Source of the DNA: an uncultured Chloroflexia bacterium
Lineage (GTDB): Bacteria > Chloroflexota > Limnocylindria > Limnocylindrales > CSP1-4
NCBI GenBank assembly: GCA_963826225.1
Contig: CAWGWF010000002.1
Span: 4,987 to 68,986, forward strand
DNA length: 64,000 nt
Direction of reading: 5' to 3'
Position numbers and translations under genes: made by a program. The notes below the pieces were generated by a model. It searched no databases and was not told where the DNA came from. It saw nothing but the letters and a program-made list of their open reading frames with translations. Below, piece by piece: positions 54,870 through 63,614 of the stretch. Each line of letters begins with the position of its first letter. Position 1 is the first letter of the stretch.

Positions 54870-56415
54870 CCCGGCGCAGGAGCGACACTGTCTCGCCCCC
54901 GGATCCGCGCACTGTCACCACGAGCGGCATGCTTCCCGGCAGCGAGTGCGTGGCACACGCGTGGCAGGGATCGTAGGCGCGGAAGGCCATCTCCACCTTG
55001 TTGAGGATGCCGGCCGACACCTCTCCCTTCGAGATCAGCCCCTTGGCCGCCTTCTCCACGCTCATCGCCATGCGGGCCGAGTTGTTCTGCGTCGCGACGA
55101 TCAGGTTGGCCTGCTCGATGATCCCGTTGTCATCCGTGACGTAGTGGTGGAACAGGGTGCCGCGTGGCGCCTCGACCACCCCGACGCCCTCACGCGGCGT
55201 CGCGGTGGGCAGCGTGCGCACGTTGGGGTCGATCAGCTCCGGGTCCGCGGCGAGCTCCTTGAGCCGCTCCGCGGCATACAGCAGCTCGACCACCCTGGCC
55301 CAGTGGTTGGCCAGGGTGTGATGCACGGGCTTGCCCCCGAGCGTGGTGAACAGCTCCTCGTAGGCCTCCTGGGCCAGCGGCGTCGCCATCCCGTCGGCGG
55401 CATTGAGCCGCGCCAGCGGCGCGACCGAGTAGATGCCGCTGTCGGCCCCGTCGGTGAAGCCGTTCCAGCCGACGGGCTTGAGATAGCAGAACTTGACGTA
55501 GGACCAGGGTTCGACGTGCTCGGCCACGAAATCGAGGTATTGGGAGGCCTCGAACGAAGCGTAATGGGCGCCCCCGGGATCGACCACGCGGACCCGACCG
55601 TCGTAGAAGTTGGGGTGGTTCCCCTCGTCCATGAGGCCCATGTAGTAGGTGCGGTGGGTGAAGGCGTCGGAGACGATGAGGTCCACGTAGGCCGGGTTGG
55701 CCAGGACCACGCCGCGGAAGGTGTCGAGGGTGAACTTGGCGAACTCGAGGGCGTCGTCGGCGACGGCGACGATCTCCGCCTGCTGCTCCGCGGTCACCCG
55801 CTTGGCGACGCCGCCCGGGAGCCCGAGCACCGGGTGGATCACCTTGCCGCCGAGCAGCGTGATGACCTCCCGGAGCCGGCGCCGGTTGGCGATCACGCGC
55901 AGCCCGACCTCCAGGCCCACCGCGCCGATGACGCCCAGGATGTTGCGCTGGGCGGCGGGCGCATCGGGACCGACCACGAAGTCGGGGCCGCCGAGGAAGT
56001 AGAAGTGCAGCGCGTGATCCTCGACCATGAAGGTCGAGTAGACCAGCTCCCGGATCTTCTTCGCCGCCGGCGGCGGGTCCACCTGGTACAGGGCGTCGAG
56101 CGCCTTGGTGGCCGCCATGTGGTGCGCCGTGGGGCACACCCCGCAGATGCGCGAGGTGATCTGGGGCATGTCCTCGGCCGGGCGGCCCTGGGCGAACTTC
56201 TCGAAGCCGCGCAGCTCGGGGACCTGGAAGTAGGCCCGCTCGACGTCGCCGTCGTCGTCGAGGAAGATGTCGATCTTGCCGTGTCCCTCGAGGCGGGTGA
56301 TGGGATCGACGGTGATGCGGCGCCGGGCGTAGGCGCCCTGGGCCCCCTGGGACGCCCGGCTCAACGCCTCCTGGGTGGCCATCGTGTCTGTCATGGGTCG
56401 GGGCTCCTCAGGCAT
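54841..56415 (-). CDS. mvhA: [NiFe] hydrogenase large subunit, group 3 (MvhA-like by gene context)
   Basis: RLEGHG start, N-terminal NiFe ligands RICGVCP, C-terminal ligands DPCHACATH followed by a 34-aa cleavable extension. Confidence 0.92.
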   Translation of the reverse strand: MPEEPRPMTDTMATQEALSRASQGAQGAYARRRITVDPITRLEGHGKIDIFLDDDGDVERAYFQVPELRGFEKFAQGRPAEDMPQITSRICGVCPTAHHMAATKALDALYQVDPPPAAKKIRELVYSTFMVEDHALHFYFLGGPDFVVGPDAPAAQRNILGVIGAVGLEVGLRVIANRRRLREVITLLGGKVIHPVLGLPGGVAKRVTAEQQAEIVAVADDALEFAKFTLDTFRGVVLANPAYVDLIVSDAFTHRTYYMGLMDEGNHPNFYDGRVRVVDPGGAHYASFEASQYLDFVAEHVEPWSYVKFCYLKPVGWNGFTDGADSGIYSVAPLARLNAADGMATPLAQEAYEELFTTLGGKPVHHTLANHWARVVELLYAAERLKELAADPELIDPNVRTLPTATPREGVGVVEAPRGTLFHHYVTDDNGIIEQANLIVATQNNSARMAMSVEKAAKGLISKGEVSAGILNKVEMAFRAYDPCHACATHSLPGSMPLVVTVRGSGGETVSLLRRDADGSIHRE

Positions 56416-57418
56416 CGACTGCGGCCAGCTCGGCCGTGGCCGGCTGCTCGGGGTCCATCTTCCGGCGGCGGAGCAGGCTGCCCGCCAGGCCGTAGCGGTA
56501 GAACGTGCCGATCGGGTCGGGGATGCTGTCCAGGGCGACCTCGACGGCGTCGTCGTCGGTCGCCGAGAGCATCGAGGCCACGGCCGACAGGTACTTGCCG
56601 CCCTGGTCGTGGACCTTGCTGGTCGGGCCGAAACAGCCGGTGCAGGGCATGTTGCCCCGGATGCACAGCTGGCCGCAGCCCGCCCGGGTCGCGGGGCCCA
56701 TGCACAGCAGGCCCTGGGCCAGCAGGCAGGTCTCCTCGTCGATCAGGATCTCGTGCGGCCGGAAGAACCGGTCGAGGGCGAGGTCCTGGGGCTTGGTCTC
56801 CAGGCGCGGGCACTCCTCGCACAGGGCCCGGTCCTCGGTGAGCACCGTCCCCTTCGGCGGCAGCTCACCCGACAGCAGGGTCTGCACGGCGCCCGCGATC
56901 ACGTTGGGCGTCGGCGCGCAGCCCGGGATGTAGTAGTCCACGTCGGTGACCTGGTCGAGGGCACGGACCGTGTTGTAGAACGTGGGCAGCGTCACCCACT
57001 CGCCGTCGTGCGGCGTGGCAACCCGGGGCAGCACCCCGTCTGGGTTGACCGTGGACGGCGTGGTCCGGTAGGCGGTGTCGAAGATGGACGCCCGATCCCA
57101 CAGGTTGGCCAGGGCGGGGATCCCGCCCAGGTGGGCGCAGGCGCCGAAGGCGACCAGCACCTTCGCCTTGCGCCGCAGGAGGTGGGCCATCTCCTCCTGC
57201 TCGGAGGTCCGGATGGCACCGTTGACGAAGGCGGCCAGGATCGACCCGTCCTCCATCGCCTCCACGTCGGCCTTCTTGAAGTCGAGGGCGACCGGCCAGA
57301 ACACGATGTCCACCGCGGCCACGACGTCGAGGATCCCCTCGGCGAGGTCCACGACCGCCTCCTCGCAGCCGCCGCACGAGGCGCACCAGTAGAAGGCGAC
57401 CTTGGGCTTGTCGCTCAT
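56408..57418 (-). CDS. mvhG: [NiFe] hydrogenase small subunit, group 3 (MvhG-like)
   Basis: MSDKPKVAFYWCASCGGCEEA, GACAHLGGIP, IPGCAPTP and the distal clusters CEECP...CLLAQGLLCMGPATRAGCGQLCIRGNMPCTGCFGP. Only the last 336 codons of ORF 56408..57841 are used. Confidence 0.9.
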   Translation of the reverse strand: MSDKPKVAFYWCASCGGCEEAVVDLAEGILDVVAAVDIVFWPVALDFKKADVEAMEDGSILAAFVNGAIRTSEQEEMAHLLRRKAKVLVAFGACAHLGGIPALANLWDRASIFDTAYRTTPSTVNPDGVLPRVATPHDGEWVTLPTFYNTVRALDQVTDVDYYIPGCAPTPNVIAGAVQTLLSGELPPKGTVLTEDRALCEECPRLETKPQDLALDRFFRPHEILIDEETCLLAQGLLCMGPATRAGCGQLCIRGNMPCTGCFGPTSKVHDQGGKYLSAVASMLSATDDDAVEVALDSIPDPIGTFYRYGLAGSLLRRRKMDPEQPATAELAAVDA

Positions 57419-57918
57419 GCCGTCACCTCCGCCAGCTCGGCAGCCCGTGGCGTCGCGCCCGGGGCCGCCTCGATCGGCACTTCGAGGTGCAGCGGGCCGA
57501 GCGCTCGCACCTGCTCCACCATCTCGTTCACCACGTCGCGCAGCTTGTCGGCCTCGGCGGCCGAGATCCACTCGAGGCGGAACCGCTCCTCCTCGATCCC
57601 CATGCCGGCCAGGACGCGTCGCAGCAGCCGGAAGCGCCGGAACGCCTTGTGGTTGCCCGACTGGTAGTGGCAGTCGCCGAAGTGGCAGCCGCCGACAAGC
57701 ACGCCGTCGGCGCCGCTCGCGAACGCCTGCATCACGAACTGGGGGTCGACCCTGCCCGAGCACATCAGCCGGATGACGCGGGTGTTGGGCGCGTACTTCA
57801 TCCGAGACGTGCCGGCCAGGTCGGCCGCCAGGTAGGTGCACCAGTTGCAGAAGAAGGCGACGATCCTCGGCTCCCAGCCGGCGGCGCTCTCCTGCTGGAC
57901 TTCGATCGGCTCAGGCAT
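57415..57918 (-). CDS. mvhD: methyl-viologen-reducing hydrogenase delta subunit (MvhD/FlpD)
   Basis: IVAFFCNWCTYLAADLAG, RLMCSGRVD and VGGCHFGDCHY. ATGA overlap with mvhG and an 8-nt overlap with hdrA. Confidence 0.9.
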   Translation of the reverse strand: MPEPIEVQQESAAGWEPRIVAFFCNWCTYLAADLAGTSRMKYAPNTRVIRLMCSGRVDPQFVMQAFASGADGVLVGGCHFGDCHYQSGNHKAFRRFRLLRRVLAGMGIEEERFRLEWISAAEADKLRDVVNEMVEQVRALGPLHLEVPIEAAPGATPRAAELAEVTA

Positions 57919-59901
57919 GGGCCAGCACCCCCAGGATCTCTTCGAAGATCTCTTCGTCTTCGAACAGGTTCTGCCGGATGGACCCGGACGGGCAGGCGGC
58001 CACGCAGGTGCCGCATCCCTTGCACAGCACCGGGTTGATCTCGGCCTTCCCATCCACCCGGACGATCGCGGTGTAGGGGCACAACGGGATGCAGGTCTTG
58101 CAGCCCGAGCACTCCTCGGCGATCACGTAGGCGGTGTTCGGCTCCATCTCCACGTAGCCCCGGTCGACCAGGGCCAGCGCCTCGGCGGCGGCGGCCCCGG
58201 CCTGGGCCACGGTGTCCGGGATGTCCTTGGGGCCCTGGCAGGCGCCGGCCAGGAAGATGCCGTCGGTGAACGTGCTCACCGGGGCCAGCTTCGGGTGGCG
58301 CTCCAGGAAGAACCCGCCCCCGGCGCAGGTGATGTTGAAGGTGCGGCGCACATCCTCGGCGTCCGCCTGCGGCTCGAGACCGGTGGCCAGGACCACCATG
58401 TCCACCGGGATCTTGCGCACCCGGCCGAGCAGCGTGTCCTCGGCCTGGAGGACGACCCGGCCGGTGTTGCCGGCCTCCGGGAAGACGTCGGCCACCTTGC
58501 CCCGGATGAAGTGGACCCCCTCCTCGCCGACCCGGTTGTAGAACTCCTCCATGCCCTTCCCGGGAGCCCGGATGTCGATGTAGAAGTTGTAGATCTCGGC
58601 CCCGGTCTTCTCCTTGATCAGGTGAGCGAGCTTGAGGGAGTACATGCAGCACACCCGGGAGCAGTACTCGTTGGTGTTGACGTCGCGGCTCCCGATGCAG
58701 TGGAGGATCCCCACCGTCCTGGGGGTGCTTCCGTCCTTCAGGATGACGTGCCCTTCGGTGGGCCCCGACGAGTTCACCAGCCGTTCCAGCTCCAGGGCGG
58801 TGTACACGTTCGGGAAGACCCCGTAGCCGTACGAGGGTGCCCGCCGCGGGTCGAAGGTCTTGAAGCCGGTCGCCAGGATCATCGTGCCCACCTCGACCGT
58901 GTCGAACGTGGGGACCTGGGTGAAGTCGATGGCGTTGCGGTCCGCGCACACCTCGACGCAGGTCTTCTTGCACGGCCGGACTTGAACTCGATGCAGGCCT
59001 CCTGGTCGATGACCACGACCTGCGGCACGGCCTGGGGGAACGGGATGTAGACGGGCTTGCGCATGGACAGGCCGAGGTTGAACTCGTCGGCCGTCTTGCC
59101 CACCTTGTACACGCAGGCCTCGATGCACTCGAGGCACCCGACGCAGGCTTCCTCCACGATGAAGCGTGGCTTGTGGCGCACCGTCACCGTGTAGTTGCCC
59201 ACGTATCCATCGACCCTGTCGATCTCGGCCATCGTCCACAGGGTGATGTTGGGGTTGGACCGCACGTCGGTCATCTTCGGGGTGAGGATGCAGGCGGCAC
59301 AGTCGAGGGTCGGGAAGGTCTTGTCGAACTGGGCCATGTGGCCGCCGATCGACGGCTCCCGCTCCACGAGGTAGACGTGCTTGCCGGCGTTGGCCATGGT
59401 CAGGGCCGCGTGGATGCCGGCGATCCCGCCGCCGACCACCATCACGGCGGGGTTGACGGGTACCCGCGACCGCTCCAGGGGCTTGTGGAAGCGCACCCGG
59501 TGGACCGCCGCGCGGAGCAGGTCCTTGGCCTTGAGGGTCGCCTCCACGTGATCGCTGTGCACCCACGAGTCCTGCTCGCGGATGTTGACCATGTGGAAGA
59601 AGTAGGGGTTGATACCCCCCTCGGCCGTCGCGCGGCGGAAGGTCGCCTCGTGCAGCGTCGGCGAGCAGGAGGCAACGACCACCCGCTCCAGGTCGTTGGC
59701 CCGGATGTCCTCCTTGATGAGCTCCTGGCCCGGGTCGGAGCACATGTACTTGTACGCGCGTGCCACCGACACCCCGGGGAGGCCTTCCGCGTAGGCCCGC
59801 ACGGCCTCCACGTCGACCGTGCCCGCGATGTTGGTGCCGCAGTGGCAGACGTACACCCCGATCCGCGGCTGGCCGTTCCTGCTCTCGTCGGCCGAGTTCA
59901 T
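57911..59901 (-). CDS. hdrA: heterodisulfide reductase subunit A-like flavoprotein (HdrA), apparent 1-nt frameshift near 58973-58978
   Basis: The N-terminal part is ORF 58879..59901 (IGVYVCHCGTNIAG, VMVVGGGIAGIHAAL, CVGCLECIEAC). The C-terminal part is in the frame of ORF 57911..59908 (PCKKTCVEVC..., GILHCIGSRD, CCMYSLK, FLAGACQGPKDI, CSGCKTCIPLCP, CKGCGTCVAACP). The junction reads ...IDQEACIEFKSG|PCKKTC... inside a ferredoxin-type Cys motif. Confidence 0.85.
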
Positions 59902-61802
59902 AGGTCACTCCTCGACGTCACACCCATGGCGTCTTCCACCAGCTCCACGATGTCTCTCACCCCGAGCGTCCCTTCCAGGCCCGTCGTCTTGACGGCGTCA
60001 CGGAACATCACCAGGTCCTTGGGACACGCACACACGAGCGTCGTCACGCCCGCCAGGCCGGCTGCCTCGCGCACCCGGCTCTCGGCGGGACGCTCGCCCT
60101 CGCGTGCGGCGTCCTCCATCCAGATCCTCCCGCCGCCCGCACCGCAGCAGTACGCGGCGGACCGGTTGCGGGGCATCTCGACCACGTTCATGCCCAGCGC
60201 GCCCAGGACGTGGCGCGGGGCTTCGTACACGCCGCCGTAGCGGCCGAGGTAGCACGGGTCGTGGTAGGTGACCCGGGCGCCTCCGTTGCGGGCCACCGGC
60301 AGGCTGCCCGACGAGATCAGCCCGTCGAGGACCTCCGTGTAGTGCTTGACCGTGCCGTCCAGCCCGTACTCGTTCTTCAGCACGTGGTAGGTGTGGGGAT
60401 CGGTGGTCACGATCGTCCGGAACTCCGAGGATTCGAGCGCCGCGAGGTTCTTGTCCCGCAGCATCTCGAACAGGCCCTCCTCGCCCAGGCGGCGGACGTC
60501 GTTGCCCGCGTTCTGCTCGCCGTCGTAGAGGATCCCGAAGTCCAGGCCAGCCGCGGCGAAGACCCGCGCCGCCGTCCTGGTCACCTCCTGGACGCGGGGG
60601 TCGAACGAGGCGTAATCGCCCACGAACCACAGGTACTCCACGGGCTCCCGGCGGGCGTCCTTGACCTCGAGCTCGAGGTCGCGCGTCCACTTGGGCCGGG
60701 TGCGGGGCGACTGGCCGAACGAGTTCCCATAGCGGGTCATGCCCATCAGCATGTCCCCGACGCCCTGGCCCACAGCGCCTTCTCCGATCAGGTGCCGCCG
60801 CATCTGGACGACCAGTGGCACGTGCTCGTTGAGGACGGGGCAGCGCGCCATGCACGCACCGCACGTGGTGCACGCCCAGACCGCGTCCGCGCCGACGGCA
60901 TCGACCAGGCTCCCGTGGCCGTCGCCCGAGGCGGCGCCGATGACCATCAGCTTCACGCCGTGAACGAGGTCCTGGGGCGACATCGCCCCGCCCATCGCGA
61001 ACGCTGGACACGACCGGTCGCACCGGCCGCATTCGGCGCACGAGAGACCGTTGAGCAGCTGCCGCCAGGTGAACTGCTCGAGGTGAGCGGCGCCCTCCGA
61101 TGGCGGCGGCATCGCGCTGCGGTCCAGGGACCCGGTGAACACGTTGAAGGGCGAGGCCAGCAGGTGGAGATGCTTGGAGTACGGCAGGTAGGCCAGGAAG
61201 CCCAGCACCGCCACCATGTGGATCCACCACATCGCCGTGTACAGCGTCTCGGCGGCGGACGAGGACAGGCCGCCGAGACCGGCGGCGGCCACCTGGCCGA
61301 CCAGGAACGTCACCACGAGCAGCGCGATCAGGGCGAGGATGAACGCGGCGTCGCCCGATTGGGTGAGGCGTGCCGGCCTGACCACGAACCTGCGGATGGC
61401 CGCCCCCGCGAGCGCCACCACGGTGGCCAAGCTGAGCACGACCATCGGGATCGTGAACCAGGCGACCTCGTCGGAGTACGGGATCGGCAGGGCGGGGACG
61501 AGACCCCGGACCAGGTTCCAGGCGAAGCTGGTGGCGTAGAACAGGAACGTCCAGAAGATCACCAGGTGGGCCAGCCCCACGCCCGGGTTGTCGAACATCC
61601 GGCGTTGGGCCAGGACGTTGACCACCACGCTCCGGGCGCGGGCAGGCAGCCGGTCGAGGCGGCGCTCCGGCCGGCCCCTCGCGAGGGCCCGCACCAGCCG
61701 ATAGACCCGGGTCCCGAACAGGACGACGGCGATCGCCGTGAACGCCCACAGCCAGGCGACGCCGGGGATGAGCAGCGAGGTCGAGGCGGTCGGGTCGGGC
61801 AT
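59898..61802 (-). CDS. membrane-bound Fe-S oxidoreductase: NarI/DsrM-like cytochrome b domain fused to an HdrD/DsrK-like domain (2x[4Fe-4S] + CCG domains)
   Basis: About 5-6 TM helices with conserved His residues (HLVIFWTF; WWIHMVAVLGFLAYLPYSKHLHLLASPFNVF). CAECGRCDRSCP and CTTCGACMARCP. CCG-type motifs YHDPCYLGR and AAYCCGAGGG. Start at the ATG at 61802; ATGA overlap with hdrA. Confidence 0.85.
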   Translation of the reverse strand: MPDPTASTSLLIPGVAWLWAFTAIAVVLFGTRVYRLVRALARGRPERRLDRLPARARSVVVNVLAQRRMFDNPGVGLAHLVIFWTFLFYATSFAWNLVRGLVPALPIPYSDEVAWFTIPMVVLSLATVVALAGAAIRRFVVRPARLTQSGDAAFILALIALLVVTFLVGQVAAAGLGGLSSSAAETLYTAMWWIHMVAVLGFLAYLPYSKHLHLLASPFNVFTGSLDRSAMPPPSEGAAHLEQFTWRQLLNGLSCAECGRCDRSCPAFAMGGAMSPQDLVHGVKLMVIGAASGDGHGSLVDAVGADAVWACTTCGACMARCPVLNEHVPLVVQMRRHLIGEGAVGQGVGDMLMGMTRYGNSFGQSPRTRPKWTRDLELEVKDARREPVEYLWFVGDYASFDPRVQEVTRTAARVFAAAGLDFGILYDGEQNAGNDVRRLGEEGLFEMLRDKNLAALESSEFRTIVTTDPHTYHVLKNEYGLDGTVKHYTEVLDGLISSGSLPVARNGGARVTYHDPCYLGRYGGVYEAPRHVLGALGMNVVEMPRNRSAAYCCGAGGGRIWMEDAAREGERPAESRVREAAGLAGVTTLVCACPKDLVMFRDAVKTTGLEGTLGVRDIVELVEDAMGVTSRSDL

Positions 61803-61807
61803 CGGCG

Positions 61808-62776
61808 TCACCCCTTGCGCGTCCTCACGGCCTCGGCCATCGCCTCGAGCACGTCGGTGGCGTCGTCGACGATCCCGTAGTGGGCGATCGAGAAGATCGG
61901 CGCGCCGGCGTCGGTGTTGACCGCGACGATGAGCTCGGCGTCCTTCATGCCTTCGACGTGCTCGGGGGCCCCGCTGATGCCGGCGGCCACGTACAGGCGC
62001 GGCTTGACGGTGAGGCCGGACTTGCCGACCTGGCGCACCATCGGCAGCCAGCCCTGGTCGATCACCGGGCGGGACCCGCACACCGCACCGCCGAGGGCCT
62101 CGGCCAGCTCCTCGGCCACCTCGAGGTTCGCCTCGCTGGTGATCCCCCGCCCCACCGCGACCAGCACCTCCTGGGCGGTGATGTCCACGTCACCGGCCTC
62201 GGGCTCCTCGTAGCCGACCAGGCGCACCGGAGGCTCGCCGGGGAGGTCGACCGCCACGTCCTCGACGGCCGGCGCCGGGGCGCCATCCACCGCGGTCGCC
62301 GCCCCGGGCAGGACGGCCAGCACGACGGGGCCGGGCCCGGGCGCCACGGTCACGGTCATCTTGCCGCCGTACAGCAGGCTGCTGACGACGAGGGCGCCAT
62401 CGACGACCCTCACCTCCCGGCAGACGTTGACCAGCGGCGAACCCAGCCGCGCGGGCAGGAGGCCCAGCAGGTCCCAGCTCACGTTGGTGGTGGGCACCAG
62501 GACGACGGACGGAGCACGTTCGGCGGCCAGGGCAGCCAGCGCCCGGCTCGCCTGGAGCCCCGTCGCATCCGCGAGCGTGGGGTGGTCCACGTACAGCACG
62601 GTGTCCGCGGGGCCCAGCGAGGCGGCCAGGCCGCGCATCCCGTGGCCCAGGAGCACGGCCTCGAGGCGAGTGCCCAGCGAATCGGCGAGCGAGCGCCCCA
62701 GCGCCAGCAGCTCGCCGGTGGCGTCCGAGATGGTTCCCCGCCAGTGCTCCGCCACGACCCAGACATTGCCTGTCAT
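61808..62776 (-). CDS. etfA: electron transfer flavoprotein alpha subunit
   Basis: The C-terminal FAD domain VAVGRGITS...AVCGSRPVIDQGWLP...QVGKSGLTVKPRLYVAAGISGAPEHVEGM...IVAVNTD..APIF matches the Etf alpha signature. Confidence 0.9.
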   Translation of the reverse strand: MTGNVWVVAEHWRGTISDATGELLALGRSLADSLGTRLEAVLLGHGMRGLAASLGPADTVLYVDHPTLADATGLQASRALAALAAERAPSVVLVPTTNVSWDLLGLLPARLGSPLVNVCREVRVVDGALVVSSLLYGGKMTVTVAPGPGPVVLAVLPGAATAVDGAPAPAVEDVAVDLPGEPPVRLVGYEEPEAGDVDITAQEVLVAVGRGITSEANLEVAEELAEALGGAVCGSRPVIDQGWLPMVRQVGKSGLTVKPRLYVAAGISGAPEHVEGMKDAELIVAVNTDAGAPIFSIAHYGIVDDATDVLEAMAEAVRTRKG

Positions 62777-62786
62777 CGCCGTCTCC

Positions 62787-63566
62787 TCAGACCAGCCCGC
62801 GGGCGGCCAGGAGGTCGACCACCCGTTCCGCCACGTCCCGCACCGACCCCTGCAGCATTTCCGCGTGCCCGGCGGACTCGGGCTTGGCCATGGCCGTCAC
62901 CGTGAGCGGCGCGACGGGAGGACCGCCCGCCGCCGGGATCGTCTCGATGCCGCCCGCCGCCATGGCCGCCCGCACCTTGGCGATCGGGACGTAGCGCGGC
63001 GGCTTCTCGCAGCCCTGGATGCCCAGGAACGCCGGCAGGGCGACCTCGAAGCGCCCCATGACGCCGCCCGGGTACTCGCGCGCGACGACCGCGGCGGACG
63101 CCCCCGCCTCGAGCGTGACCCGGCTGACCAGGCCCAGGTACGGCAGCTGGAGCGCGTCGGCCAGCAGTGGCGCCGTGAAGCCGTCGAGATCGTCGTTGGC
63201 CCCGCAGCCGCTGAGCACGAGGTCCGCGGGCAGGGCGCCCGCGATCCCGGGCAGCGTGGCCGCCATCGCCACCGCCGTGACCCGGGTGCCCGCGGTGGGC
63301 GGGATCCCGTACACCCGGATGACCCGGTCGGCGCCCTTGGCCAGCGCGGTGTGGAGGACGTCGTCCACCTCGGGCGCCTCCGGGGCGACCACCGTGACCG
63401 TCGCCCCCAGCCGGTCCTTGAGCAGCAGCGCCTGCTCGAGGGCGTAGTCGTCGCGCTCGTTGACGATGAAGCGCAGGTACTCCGCGTCGAGCGAGGTGCC
63501 GTCGCCGGCGACCTCCAGCTCCTCCACGATGTCCGGCACCATCCTCATCATGACCAGGATCTTCAT
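62787..63566 (-). CDS. etfB: electron transfer flavoprotein beta subunit (divergent)
   Basis: MKILVMMRMVPD...NERDDYALEQALLLKD...ADLVLSGCGANDDLDGFTAPLLADALQLPYLGLVS. Overall Etf beta architecture with an unusual central motif. Confidence 0.88.
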   Translation of the reverse strand: MKILVMMRMVPDIVEELEVAGDGTSLDAEYLRFIVNERDDYALEQALLLKDRLGATVTVVAPEAPEVDDVLHTALAKGADRVIRVYGIPPTAGTRVTAVAMAATLPGIAGALPADLVLSGCGANDDLDGFTAPLLADALQLPYLGLVSRVTLEAGASAAVVAREYPGGVMGRFEVALPAFLGIQGCEKPPRYVPIAKVRAAMAAGGIETIPAAGGPPVAPLTVTAMAKPESAGHAEMLQGSVRDVAERVVDLLAARGLV

Positions 63567-63614
63567 GGCGCCTGCGCGTCCTCCTCGCTCGATCCCGCCA
63601 CCGGTCTCTGCCCG

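Noticed and set aside
54412-56841. 809-aa plus-strand ORF
   Set aside because: It is antisense to mvhA and mvhG, which carry diagnostic NiFe and Fe-S motifs.
57419-58053. N-terminal extensions of ORFs 56408..57841 and 57415..58053
   Set aside because: The conserved MvhG and MvhD sequences begin at internal ATGs (57418 and 57918). These starts form 4-8-nt overlaps with the upstream stops, and the extensions are low-complexity.
59173-61880. Plus-strand ORFs 59173..60240 and 60210..61880
   Set aside because: They are antisense to hdrA and the membrane Fe-S oxidoreductase.
61803-62081. N-terminal 93 codons of ORF 59898..62081
   Set aside because: They are an out-of-frame overlap with etfA. The membrane-protein sequence starts at the ATG at 61802.
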